From positions 15,360 through 79,359 of the forward strand of contig SHYZ01000001.1 in NCBI GenBank assembly GCA_009692535.1: 64,000 bases of DNA. The letters are read 5' to 3'. Shown here piece after piece: positions 1 through 10,134 of the stretch (positions within the stretch are counted from its first letter, which is position 1; every line of letters starts with the position of its first letter). The notes beneath the pieces were generated by a model. That model made no database searches. It worked only from the letters and a program-made list of their open reading frames with translations, and was not told the DNA's origin. This stretch comes from Myxococcales bacterium (lineage in GTDB: Bacteria > Myxococcota_A > Polyangia > Haliangiales > SHYZ01). The translations under genes and the position numbers were made by a program.

Positions 1-65
1 CCTAGGCTGCCAAAGAGAAATGGGGTTGCGAGGACTGCAGCGAGGCGCTTGGACCGGTTCTTCAT
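1..65 (-). CDS. 5' end of an exported-protein gene that runs out of the window (partial)
   Basis: The reverse strand reads GAGGAG-N8-ATG, then MKNRSKRLAAVLATPFLFGSL. That is an RBS followed by a basic n-region and hydrophobic core typical of a signal peptide. Only 21 codons lie inside the window. Confidence 0.4.
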   Translation of the reverse strand, partial: MKNRSKRLAAVLATPFLFGSL

Positions 66-164
66 GATGACATCTCCTCTGTCTGGTTCGGGGGTGGGGT
101 CGGGCTGTGAACGACCGAGGAGCGGAAACGATCTGTTCGCCGTGCGCCGCGGTACGCTCGCGGC

Positions 165-1799
165 ATGCTCCGTCGAGTCGGCGTCCTCGCCACGCTGGCC
201 GCACTCAGCGCCGTCGCCGCGACGGTTCACGCCGCACCTCGCGGCGCGCGGCTCACTTGGTACGACGACCCACGCACCACCGTCGCGATCGGCTGGAACA
301 GCGACGACGCCAGCGACGGCACCGTGGTCTACGGCACCGCCCCCGCAGCGCTCGACCTCGGCGCGGTCGCGATCGCCACGACACAGGCCGCACCACTGGG
401 CACCTCGTTCACCGCGCGCCTCGCCGGCCTCGCGCCCGGCACGACCTATTTCTACCGGGTCGGCGGCGCGGGCGGCCGCTACCACCCACCGGCGACCGAC
501 CCACCGCTCGAGCTCCGCACGCGCAACGCCGATCCCTGCGCGCGGATGCGCTTCGTGCTCGCCGGCGACAATCGCGCCGACAGCGACAACATCGGACCGA
601 ACGACATCTGGCGCGAGATCCTCATCGAGACGCTGGCGCACTCGCCCGACTTCTTCGTCAACACCGGCGACATGGTGAAAAATGGCGAGCGCCCGGTCGA
701 GTGGTCGAACTTCATCGACGCCTCCGCACCGGGCTGGGCGCTGGTGCCGTCGCTGCTCACGATGGGGAACCACGATCAGGACGACGTGAACGGCGACGGC
801 GCGCTCTACAACCAGCTCTTCGAGTTGCCGCGCAACCCGCGCACCGGCACCGAGGACTACTACTCGCTCGACGTCGGGCCGATCCACTTCGTCTCGCTAA
901 ACACGCAGGTGACGAGCCCCGGCTCCTCCGAGCTCACCGACATGGTCGCGTGGCTCGGCGAGGATCTCGCCGCGACGACGCAGCCGTGGAAGATCGTCTT
1001 CTTCCACAAGGCGATCTACACGCGCGGTAACCACCGTACCGGCGAGGAGAACGGCGGCGCGATCAACCGCGTGTTGGTGCCGCTGTTCGACGCGCATGAC
1101 GTCGACCTCGTGTTCAACGGTCACTCGCACGACTACGAGCGGTACGCGCCGTCACTCGGCGTCGACCGCGCGTTCGGTGGCACAGGACGCACGCTCCCCG
1201 CCGGTGCGGGCGGCACGCTGCCGGCTGAGGTGCCCGACGGCGCGACCGGCACGACGTACATGGTCTCCGGCGGCGCGGGCGCACTCACCACCGACGTGTT
1301 CGGCTTCACCTGCCTCGATGCCGCCTGCACCTACTGCACCGCGGTCAACCTGTCGTGCGACAGCGCCGTGCTCGAGCTCGACCGCACAGCCACGGTGGTC
1401 TACGACGGACGGCACAACTTCGCGATGTTCGACGTCGAAGGCGATCGACTCAGCGCGCGGGTCTACGTCACCGTCGCCGGGAACAGCGACGGCGGCGAGT
1501 TGATCGACGCGTTCACGATGACGAAAACCGCGTTCGGCCTCGCGTGCGGCGAGCCGGCGCCCGATGCCGGCGTGCCTGCGCCGGCGATCGACGCCAGCGT
1601 GCCGACGGTCGACGCCAGCGCCCCGCTCGCGACCGATGCGCGGCCGGTCGGTGCGCCCGATGCCGGCGGCGGCAAAGCGCCCGACGGGTGTGACTGCCGG
1701 GCGGTGCGAGCACCACGCGCCGGCGGAGGATGGCCGACCCTGGTCGGTGCGTTTGTCTGCGCGCTCGCACTCGGCGCGCGACGCAGAGCTCAGAAGTAG
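165..1799 (+). CDS. Secreted purple-acid-phosphatase-like metallophosphoesterase with a MYXO-CTERM-type tail
   Basis: 544-aa ORF with a signal peptide (LATLAALSAVAATVHA/AP). It has a PAP-type N-terminal domain (GTTYFYRVGG) and the metallophosphoesterase motifs GDNR, GDMV, GNHD and GHSHDYER. The C-terminus is GCDC...WPTLVGAFVCALALGARRR. Confidence 0.85.
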   Translation: MLRRVGVLATLAALSAVAATVHAAPRGARLTWYDDPRTTVAIGWNSDDASDGTVVYGTAPAALDLGAVAIATTQAAPLGTSFTARLAGLAPGTTYFYRVGGAGGRYHPPATDPPLELRTRNADPCARMRFVLAGDNRADSDNIGPNDIWREILIETLAHSPDFFVNTGDMVKNGERPVEWSNFIDASAPGWALVPSLLTMGNHDQDDVNGDGALYNQLFELPRNPRTGTEDYYSLDVGPIHFVSLNTQVTSPGSSELTDMVAWLGEDLAATTQPWKIVFFHKAIYTRGNHRTGEENGGAINRVLVPLFDAHDVDLVFNGHSHDYERYAPSLGVDRAFGGTGRTLPAGAGGTLPAEVPDGATGTTYMVSGGAGALTTDVFGFTCLDAACTYCTAVNLSCDSAVLELDRTATVVYDGRHNFAMFDVEGDRLSARVYVTVAGNSDGGELIDAFTMTKTAFGLACGEPAPDAGVPAPAIDASVPTVDASAPLATDARPVGAPDAGGGKAPDGCDCRAVRAPRAGGGWPTLVGAFVCALALGARRRAQK

Positions 1800-2317
1800 T
1801 AGCGGCCGCCGACGCCGACGTTCAGATCGAGGCCGAAGCCCCCGTGGCCGCGCTCATCGCCAACGCGGAAGTCGAGCACGAGCGCACTCTCGGCGAAGAC
1901 CTCGAGCGGGAGCTCCTTGAAGTCGAAGAGCAGTCCAGCCGGCACCCGGGCGCCGACGTGGAAATCGTCGTCGCCGTCGATGCGGCTGCGGTCGTGGTCG
2001 AGGAGGCGGGCGCCGATGCCGACGTAGACCGGAAGATCGAAGGCGCGCTCGCGCAGCACGACCGCCGGATGCCAGAGGTAGTCGGCATGCACGAGGATGC
2101 CGCGCGCCCCGGCCACCGCGTCGCCGATGACAAAGTCGACCGCGTGCCCCGACCGGCCGAGGTAGTACTTGAGCGCGATCCCGAACGGCGAGCCGACGAC
2201 AAGTCCGACTCCGAACGGCCCGCCATCGTCTGCCGCGCGCGTCGGCGCTGGCGCGAGGAGCAGACCGGCTGCGATGGTGGCCGCGACGCCAAGCCGAAGC
2301 ACGGAACCTGAGCGCAT
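1790..2317 (-). CDS. Small outer-membrane beta-barrel protein
   Basis: Track ORF is 1790..2353. The internal ATG at 2317 gives the signal peptide MRSGSVLRLGVAATIAAGLLLAPAPTRA/ADD. The sequence shows alternating amphipathic strands and ends GGRYYF, with a C-terminal Phe. Confidence 0.6.
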   Translation of the reverse strand: MRSGSVLRLGVAATIAAGLLLAPAPTRAADDGGPFGVGLVVGSPFGIALKYYLGRSGHAVDFVIGDAVAGARGILVHADYLWHPAVVLRERAFDLPVYVGIGARLLDHDRSRIDGDDDFHVGARVPAGLLFDFKELPLEVFAESALVLDFRVGDERGHGGFGLDLNVGVGGRYYF

Positions 2318-2377
2318 CACGGCGCGCAACGTATCACCGGGGCGAGGCAGCACCCAACAGGTGTAGGCTGCCTTTGC

Positions 2378-3463
2378 ATGAGGTCAAGACTCGCCGCGAG
2401 TTTCGTCCCGCATGCACTCGCTGCCGCGACGATGGCCGCGCTGGTCGCGACGTTGATCGCAGCGTGCGGACCGGGACGCGCCCCGGTCAGCTCCACGACC
2501 ACCGCGCACCGACTGCCCGACCGCGCACCGACCGCGCCGACGAGCTCGGCCAGCGACACCACCGGCGCGGCTGCGCTGCCCGCGGCCACCGACGCGCGTG
2601 AGGGCGTCGTCTTCGTGCGCGCCGGCTCCATCCACTTGCGCCGCGCGGTCGGCGGCGAGCTCATCCGCCTGACCTTCCGCACCGCCGCATCTCCCGATGC
2701 CGCACCCGCGCTCTCCCCCGACGGCACGCGCATCGCGTACGCCTCGCGGCGCGACGGCGTCTCGCAGATCCACGTCGCCCGCATCGACGGCAGCGAGACG
2801 CGTGCGCTCACCGACGGCGTCGGCGGCGGCGACGGCGAGCCGACCTGGTCCTCCGACGGCGCCCGGATCGTGTTCGTGCGCGGCGCGACCGACTCGCCGC
2901 ACGACCTCCACATCGTGAGCGCGAGCGGCGGTCCGACGACGCTGCTCCTCGCGGGCGCCGACGACACCCCCGCCCTCGTCGGCGCGCCCACTTGGTCACC
3001 CGACGGCCGCGTGATCATCTTCGCCGCGGATCGTCGCGAAGGACTCGGCACCGGACTGTTCTCGATCGCGCCCGACGGCAGCGGGCTCCGGCGGCTCACT
3101 CGGCCGGCCCGCCCGAACGACTGGGCGCGCGACCTTCGCCCCGCCTGGTCACCAGATGGCGCACGGCTCGCGTTCGCCTCCAACCGTCACGCCGCGTCGG
3201 CCGACGACGCCGACGACTTCGATCTCTACACGCTCGAGGTCGCATCGGGAACGCTGGCAAGACTCACGCGCGATCCCGGCGTGGCTGACGACCCCGCGTT
3301 CTCGCCCGACGGGCGACGCCTCTACTTCACCTCGACACGCGATGCGCCGCGGCCGGCCTCGATCGAGCTCTTCGTGATGCCGGCGACGGGCGGCGAACAG
3401 CGGCGGCTCACGCGCGACGAGTTGCCGGAAAATAGCGCGCCGCACGCCGGCCTCGTGCCGTAG
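2378..3463 (+). CDS. TolB-like (PD40/WD40-like) beta-propeller lipoprotein
   Basis: Has a lipobox (LIAACG). Six repeats of the (W/F)SPDG...(I/L)xF(A/T)S type are present: SPDGTRIAYAS, WSSDGARIVFV, WSPDGRVIIFAA, APDGSGLRRLT, WSPDGARLAFAS and FSPDGRRLYFTS. Confidence 0.8.
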   Translation: MRSRLAASFVPHALAAATMAALVATLIAACGPGRAPVSSTTTAHRLPDRAPTAPTSSASDTTGAAALPAATDAREGVVFVRAGSIHLRRAVGGELIRLTFRTAASPDAAPALSPDGTRIAYASRRDGVSQIHVARIDGSETRALTDGVGGGDGEPTWSSDGARIVFVRGATDSPHDLHIVSASGGPTTLLLAGADDTPALVGAPTWSPDGRVIIFAADRREGLGTGLFSIAPDGSGLRRLTRPARPNDWARDLRPAWSPDGARLAFASNRHAASADDADDFDLYTLEVASGTLARLTRDPGVADDPAFSPDGRRLYFTSTRDAPRPASIELFVMPATGGEQRRLTRDELPENSAPHAGLVP

Positions 3464-3518
3464 CGGCGACTGCCGGTCGGTTTCCTTCGCGGCGTCATGC
3501 GCGCACAATCGCGGGCGC

Positions 3519-4616
3519 ATGGCGGTGAAGCGGCGGGGGAGCGGCGGCGGAGCGCGGAAGGCCGAACGGCCCGCAGCGCCACGCGCCAGCGACGATCGCA
3601 GCAAGCGACTCCTCGACCTCGTCGTGCTCCTGCTCGGCGCGCGTTCGCCGGTCTCCTTTCGCGAGCTCCGCGCACAGTTCCGCGCGTACCGCACCGAGAA
3701 CGAGGAGGCCGGGCTGCGCGCGTTCGAGCGCGACAAAGTCGAGCTCCTCGAGCTCGGCGTCCCGGTCAGGTACGTCACGCCCGAGGACGACGACACCTTC
3801 GAGGAGGCCGGCTACGTCGTCGACCTCCGTCGCTACCGGCTGCCCGAGCTGGCCTTCACCCCCGACGAGGTCGCCGCGCTGGTGCTCGCGAGCTCGATGG
3901 CGCGCGCGGCCCACGGCACCACCTACGCCGAGGTGGTCGACCTCGCGGTGAAGAAGCTCGCGTTCGACGCGCCGCCCGCGCCCGACACGCCGGGCACGCC
4001 GGTGCGGCAACGTGAGCCGGTGCTGGTGCACTTCCCTCGGCCCGCCGACGCCGAGCGGCTCGCCGAGCGGCTCGCGCTGATCGAGCAGGCGGTGGTGAGC
4101 CGGAAGCGACTCACGCTCGACTACGTCGCGGCGAGCGGCAAGTCGGCGCGGCGCGAGGTCGACCCGTACGGCCTCGCCTACCGGCAGGGCGTCTGGCTCG
4201 TCGTCGGGCACTGCCGGCTGCGCGAGGACGTGCGCTCATTCCGACTCGATCGGATCGCCGGCCTCGAGGTCGCGCCCCGCCCGCGCTCGCCCGACTTTCA
4301 GCGGCCCGCCGAGTTCGATCTCCGACGCTACGCGAGCCGATCGCCCTGGACCTTCGAGCTTGGCGCCGCCGTCGCGATCGAGCTCGAGCTCCATCCACCG
4401 GCGACCGCGGTGGGCGCCGAGGACTTCGGTGACGGTGCGCGACGCGAGCCGATCGCGGGCGGCCCTGCCCTGCTCGTGCAGTTCGAGAGCTCGAACCTCG
4501 ACTATGTCGTCTCGCGTGTGCTCGCGAGCAAAGGCGCGATCGTGGTGCGCTCGCCCGCCGCGCTCGCCCGCCGCGTGCGCGACGAACTCGACTCCATCCT
4601 GGCGCTCTACGCATGA
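3519..4616 (+). CDS. HTH + WYL domain transcriptional regulator (PafB/PafC-like), first of a pair
   Basis: N-terminal wHTH-like segment RLLDLVVLLLGARSPVSFRELRAQF. WYL core reads RREVDPYGLAYRQGVWLVVGHCRLREDVRSFRLDRI. The stop overlaps the next start (ATGA at 4613-4616). Confidence 0.8.
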   Translation: MAVKRRGSGGGARKAERPAAPRASDDRSKRLLDLVVLLLGARSPVSFRELRAQFRAYRTENEEAGLRAFERDKVELLELGVPVRYVTPEDDDTFEEAGYVVDLRRYRLPELAFTPDEVAALVLASSMARAAHGTTYAEVVDLAVKKLAFDAPPAPDTPGTPVRQREPVLVHFPRPADAERLAERLALIEQAVVSRKRLTLDYVAASGKSARREVDPYGLAYRQGVWLVVGHCRLREDVRSFRLDRIAGLEVAPRPRSPDFQRPAEFDLRRYASRSPWTFELGAAVAIELELHPPATAVGAEDFGDGARREPIAGGPALLVQFESSNLDYVVSRVLASKGAIVVRSPAALARRVRDELDSILALYA

Positions 4617-5584
4617 ACACCAGCTCGGCCCGCCTCCGTCGGCTCCTCTACCTCGTGCCTCACGTCGCACGAAGAGCTGGCGGCGTACGGCTCGACGAGC
4701 TTGCGCGCGAGCTCAACGTCGACCGCGAGGAGTTGCTTGCCGACCTCGACCTCCTCGCGCAGGTCGGTCCGCCCGGCGGCGATCCCGGCGAGTACCTCCT
4801 CATCACCGTCGAGAAAGGGCGCGTGTTCGTCGAACTCGCGCAGCGCCTCACACGCCCCTTGCGGCTCACCCCGGCGGAGGGTTGCTCACTGCTGCTCGGG
4901 CTGCGCGCGCTCCGGCGCAGCGGCATCGCGCCCTACGACGACGCGCTCGCCTCCGCCGAGCACAAGCTCCTGCGCGCGCTCGGCGCCGACGCACGCGCCG
5001 CACAAGACCTCGCCGACGGCACCGTCGTGGACGACGCCACCCAAGTCTCCGCGCGTCACCTGCGCTCGTTGCTACTCGCCGCACGCGAGCGGCACGCCGT
5101 CGAGATCGACTACGAAGCCACGTCGACCGGACGCGCGGATCGCCGCGGGCTCGAGCCGTACGGCATCGTCCACCACGGCGGCACCTGGTACGTGATCGGC
5201 CGCTGCCGGCGCAAACAGGACACGCGCACATTTCGCGTCGATCGGATCGCGAGCCTCCGCGCGCTCGACGATCGCTTCGTGGTTCCGCCCGACTTCGACC
5301 TCGAGGCGTATCGGCGCGAGCGGCTCTTCGTGCCGAGCGCCGATGCCGCCCACGTCCGCATCCGCCTCGACGCCGAGGGTGCCGCGCGCGTCGGCACCGC
5401 ATGGCCCGGCGGTACCGTCTCCGACGCCGGCGATGGCGCACGCCTGCTCGAAATCGACTGTGAGGGGTTCGAGTGGCTCGTCGGATGGGTGCTGCCGTTC
5501 GGACGCCACGCGGAGATCCTCGCGCCGCCCGAAGCGCGCGCCGCGCTCGTCGCCCGCGTGCGCGAGCTGCGCGCGCGGCAGTGA
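4613..5584 (+). CDS. HTH + WYL domain transcriptional regulator (PafB/PafC-like), second of a pair
   Basis: N-terminal segment RLRRLLYLVPHVARRAGGVRLDELARELNV. WYL core reads GLEPYGIVHHGGTWYVIGRCRRKQDTRTFRVDRI. There is a 4-nt overlap with the upstream paralogue. Confidence 0.8.
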   Translation: MNTSSARLRRLLYLVPHVARRAGGVRLDELARELNVDREELLADLDLLAQVGPPGGDPGEYLLITVEKGRVFVELAQRLTRPLRLTPAEGCSLLLGLRALRRSGIAPYDDALASAEHKLLRALGADARAAQDLADGTVVDDATQVSARHLRSLLLAARERHAVEIDYEATSTGRADRRGLEPYGIVHHGGTWYVIGRCRRKQDTRTFRVDRIASLRALDDRFVVPPDFDLEAYRRERLFVPSADAAHVRIRLDAEGAARVGTAWPGGTVSDAGDGARLLEIDCEGFEWLVGWVLPFGRHAEILAPPEARAALVARVRELRARQ

Positions 5585-5589
5585 GCCGC

Positions 5590-5991
5590 TCAGGTCACGA
5601 GATCCATCCCGAGCGCGAGCACGGTCAGCACGCGGCGCATCGCCGGCAGCTCGAGGTTCGCGTGCAGGTAGTCGGCGAGCGCGGGCTGGCGCGCGGCGAG
5701 CGTGGCCTCGCGATCCCCCCCCGCGACGGCATCGAGCTCACGGAACAGCATCGTGCGCACGCTGCGACCGAGCTGGCGACGGAAGCAAGCGGCGAGCAAG
5801 GCCGCGTGAAACACGACGCTCACCACGCCTGTGGCCCCGCCAAGCTCGTCGGCGTGCGCGGCCACGTAGCGCGACGCATCGGGTTGCAGCCGCACCCACT
5901 CATCGACGAGTCCGGATGCATAGCGTCCGTCAGCCATTTTCGCGCCGGCCTCGGCGACCACCTCAGCGACGATCTCTTCGGGAATCGCCAC
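5590..5991 (-). CDS. Hypothetical protein, paralogous to the N-terminal part of the SEC-C protein at 17145..17777
   Basis: 133-aa ORF convergent with the WYL pair. It shares the pattern QPxxxxxxA..G...VF(H/Y)..L..A.F.R...R.V and RQPxxxxxLxxxLE with the 17145..17777 product. Confidence 0.5.
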   Translation of the reverse strand: MAIPEEIVAEVVAEAGAKMADGRYASGLVDEWVRLQPDASRYVAAHADELGGATGVVSVVFHAALLAACFRRQLGRSVRTMLFRELDAVAGGDREATLAARQPALADYLHANLELPAMRRVLTVLALGMDLVT

Positions 5992-6097
5992 GTCACCTCC
6001 AGACCTGCGAGCCGCGTGTCACCTGCCTTAGCGAGCGCCGCGGAGCGTAGCCGCCAGTCTAGCCCCGGCACCTGTCCCGGACCATACTGCCTCGAGG

Positions 6098-7525
<1,428 letters not shown>

Positions 7526-7592
7526 CCGGCTTGGTTGCGTCGAGGGCGAGCCGCTTTGAATCCACGCCGGGCGCGGAGCAAGCTCGTCGGGC

Positions 7593-8630
7593 ATGACGAT
7601 CGTCGGCATCCTTCCCCGCCTGCTCGCGCTTGCCGTCGGCCTCATCGCCGGCCTCGCATGCGGTGCAGCGACCATGCCCCGGTCACGCCCGCACGACGGC
7701 AGCGATGGCGCGCTGGCGCGGTGGGCCCGCGGCGAAGGTGGAGCCTCACGGATTGACGGCGGCGGTGCGTACGGCGGGGACGCATACGGCGGCGGCGCAT
7801 ACGGCGGCGGCGCATACGGCGGCGGCGCATACGGCGGCGGCGCATACGGCGGCGGCGCATACGGCGGATACGGCGGCGGCGGATACGGCGGCGGCGCGTA
7901 CGGCAACAGCTACACCGGCGAGGAGGACTTCGCCTACGGCGGCCTGCTCTACGGCAACGTCCCCGGCGTCGAGTTCGGCCGCGTGGGCGACTTCACTCCG
8001 CCGCCGCGTCGTCCGCGCCCAGCGCCGACGCTGCCTGACTACACCGCCGGACCGGTGACCGACGGCGGCACGATCGAAGGGCTGCTCATCGGTCGCGCAC
8101 CGGCCGACCTCGCGCACCCAGAACCGATCGGGGTCGTCTGGCTCGAGGGTATCCGGCGCGGGGTCGATGCGGTCCCGCAAGGCGGCACGCTCGAGCTGCG
8201 TGCGGGGCGCGCATGGCCTCGGGTTCAAGTGGTGGCGCCGATCGGCGCAGCGGTCCGCTTCATCAACGGTGACGACGCCCCGCACACGCTCGCGCTGGTC
8301 GAGCAAGCTCGCGAACCGCACGCGCGCGCGTTCGCGCTGCCGCCACGCGCCCAACGCGAGCTCCCACTCGACCACCCCGGAATCCACGCGGTCACCGAGA
8401 CCGGCCACGCACGCGCACTAGCGTGGCTCGTCGTCGCCGCGCACCCGTACCACGTGATCACCGACGCGCTCGGCGCGTTCCGTCTCACCGACGTGCCGCC
8501 CGGCGCCTACACGCTCGTGGCCTGGCGACCCCCGGCAAGCGGTGCCGCGCCAAAGTTTGTGCGCACACGCATCGTCGTCGCGCCCCACGGCCTGCTCCGG
8601 GTGCGGGTCGTCCACGCCGCTGCGCCATAG
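7593..8630 (+). CDS. Putative lipoprotein with a (GGGAY)n Gly/Tyr-rich tract and a C-terminal beta-sandwich-like domain
   Basis: N-terminus is MTIVGILPRLLALAVGLIAGLAC. It has a GGGAYGGDAYGGGAYGGGAY... tract. The C-terminal FRLTDVPPGAYTLVAWRP resembles carboxypeptidase-regulatory or cupredoxin-like folds, but this assignment is weak. Confidence 0.6.
   Translation: MTIVGILPRLLALAVGLIAGLACGAATMPRSRPHDGSDGALARWARGEGGASRIDGGGAYGGDAYGGGAYGGGAYGGGAYGGGAYGGGAYGGYGGGGYGGGAYGNSYTGEEDFAYGGLLYGNVPGVEFGRVGDFTPPPRRPRPAPTLPDYTAGPVTDGGTIEGLLIGRAPADLAHPEPIGVVWLEGIRRGVDAVPQGGTLELRAGRAWPRVQVVAPIGAAVRFINGDDAPHTLALVEQAREPHARAFALPPRAQRELPLDHPGIHAVTETGHARALAWLVVAAHPYHVITDALGAFRLTDVPPGAYTLVAWRPPASGAAPKFVRTRIVVAPHGLLRVRVVHAAAP
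7756..7905 (+). repeat. Coding 15-bp tandem repeat (GCATACGGCGGCGGC)
   Basis: Five perfect head-to-tail copies at about 7782-7856, with degenerate copies on both sides. Confidence 0.9.
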
Positions 8631-8636
8631 CCGCGC

Positions 8637-10106
8637 TCAGCTCGTCGGCCACGCGCGGTGGTGGCGGCGCGTCGGCGCGGAGAGTCGCCCGAGCACGAGC
8701 TGCCAGGTCCGCTCGGGGACCAGCACGAGACCGTTCGGCTCGAGCAAGTGCAGATCCACGAGCGGCGCCACGCCAGGCATCGGCGCCGCGCGCAGCGCCG
8801 AGAACGCCGCGCGCAGCTCGAGCCGCATCGAGTCGCGCGGGATGAGGCGGAAGGTGCGCTCCACGTCGAGCCGCGCGGGAGGATGCAACCGCATCGGCTG
8901 CCGCGCGTGGTAGCGCGCCATGAACGCGACCTTGCGATCCGGCGTGATCACCGTCGAGCCGACCGGCACCTTCCCCGCGAGAGCGCGCACCGCGGCCACC
9001 AGCGTGGGGTGCGTGCGTGCGACGCCTTCGTGGAGCGCGGTCGGCCGTGAGAGCAGCAGGCCGAGCGCGACGCCCGCGACGAACGGGGCACGGACGCGCT
9101 GCGGTGCATGCTCGAGGAGCCGTGCGGTGACGAGACCGACGAGCAGCGCGAGCGGCAGGTGCGCGAGCAGGCGCAGGCGAAAGCCGAGCCCCTTCGGGTC
9201 GCGCACGTCGAGCCATGGCCAGCAGACGATGAGCGCGAGCAGGAGCAGGCCGAGCGCCTCACGCGGCAGCCGGCCGCTCGCGGGGCGACGGAGCTCGAGG
9301 ACGAGCAGCGCCGCCACGACGAGCGCGAGGAGCACCGGTTCGTGCCCGAGCCGCAGCGGCGCACCGGCGGTAAGCGTCGGGAGCGTGAGGTCGAGCGGCC
9401 CGCGCGCCACGGCGGCGAGACTCGCGAGATCAGCCGCACCAATGAAGCGCGTGGGCGCGAGCGCGCCGCCAAGCACACAGAGCGCGGCGAGCGCGCCGAC
9501 GGCGACGACGACGACGAGCGTCCTGCGTTGCGTGCGCAGCGCGAAGGCGGTGGCCGGCGCGACCCCGACGAACACGATGGCGAGCGAGGTCTTGTGCGTG
9601 AATGCGGCGATCAGGACGAGGAGGAGCGCTCCGCCGATGCGCGCGCGGGTCGGCACGTCGAGCGCGGCGAAGAGCGCGACCAACGCAAACGCAGCGACGG
9701 TGACGCCGAGTCCCTCCTTGACGAACTCGGCCGACAGCAGGAATCCCTGCAGGCTGGTCGCGGCGAACGCGCACCCGACGAGCGCCGGCGCGCGCTGCCC
9801 GGTGAAGCGCTTGCCGAGCAGGTAGACCGGCACGACGAGGAGCGCGGTGCCGGCCGCCGCGCCGAGCTTCGCGCCCGCGATCGGTCCGGCGAACCAGGCG
9901 AACGGCGCGAGGAAGTAGAAGGAGAGGGGCGCCGTCGGGTAGTTCAGCGCGCCGCTCTCGCAGAGCGACCGCACCTGCACCGCGTAGTAGTAGCCGTCGA
10001 GCCCGAAGGGATACGGGTCGCCCAACAAGAACCGGGCGCGCACCGCCAACGCAAAGGCAGCGAGGCCGACCACGGCCGCAGCGACGGCGAGCCCGCGCTT
10101 TCGCAC
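8637..10106 (-). CDS. Polytopic membrane protein, GT-C-like (ArnT/PMT-type glycosyltransferase family 39-like)
   Basis: 489 aa with at least 10 hydrophobic helices. The N-terminal periplasmic-loop segment DPYPFGLDGYYYAVQVRS resembles GT-C enzymes. The family assignment is tentative. Confidence 0.5.
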   Translation of the reverse strand: MRKRGLAVAAAVVGLAAFALAVRARFLLGDPYPFGLDGYYYAVQVRSLCESGALNYPTAPLSFYFLAPFAWFAGPIAGAKLGAAAGTALLVVPVYLLGKRFTGQRAPALVGCAFAATSLQGFLLSAEFVKEGLGVTVAAFALVALFAALDVPTRARIGGALLLVLIAAFTHKTSLAIVFVGVAPATAFALRTQRRTLVVVVAVGALAALCVLGGALAPTRFIGAADLASLAAVARGPLDLTLPTLTAGAPLRLGHEPVLLALVVAALLVLELRRPASGRLPREALGLLLLALIVCWPWLDVRDPKGLGFRLRLLAHLPLALLVGLVTARLLEHAPQRVRAPFVAGVALGLLLSRPTALHEGVARTHPTLVAAVRALAGKVPVGSTVITPDRKVAFMARYHARQPMRLHPPARLDVERTFRLIPRDSMRLELRAAFSALRAAPMPGVAPLVDLHLLEPNGLVLVPERTWQLVLGRLSAPTRRHHRAWPTS

Positions 10107-10134
10107 CGCGGCAGTCTAGGCTAAAAGCCGCGAC

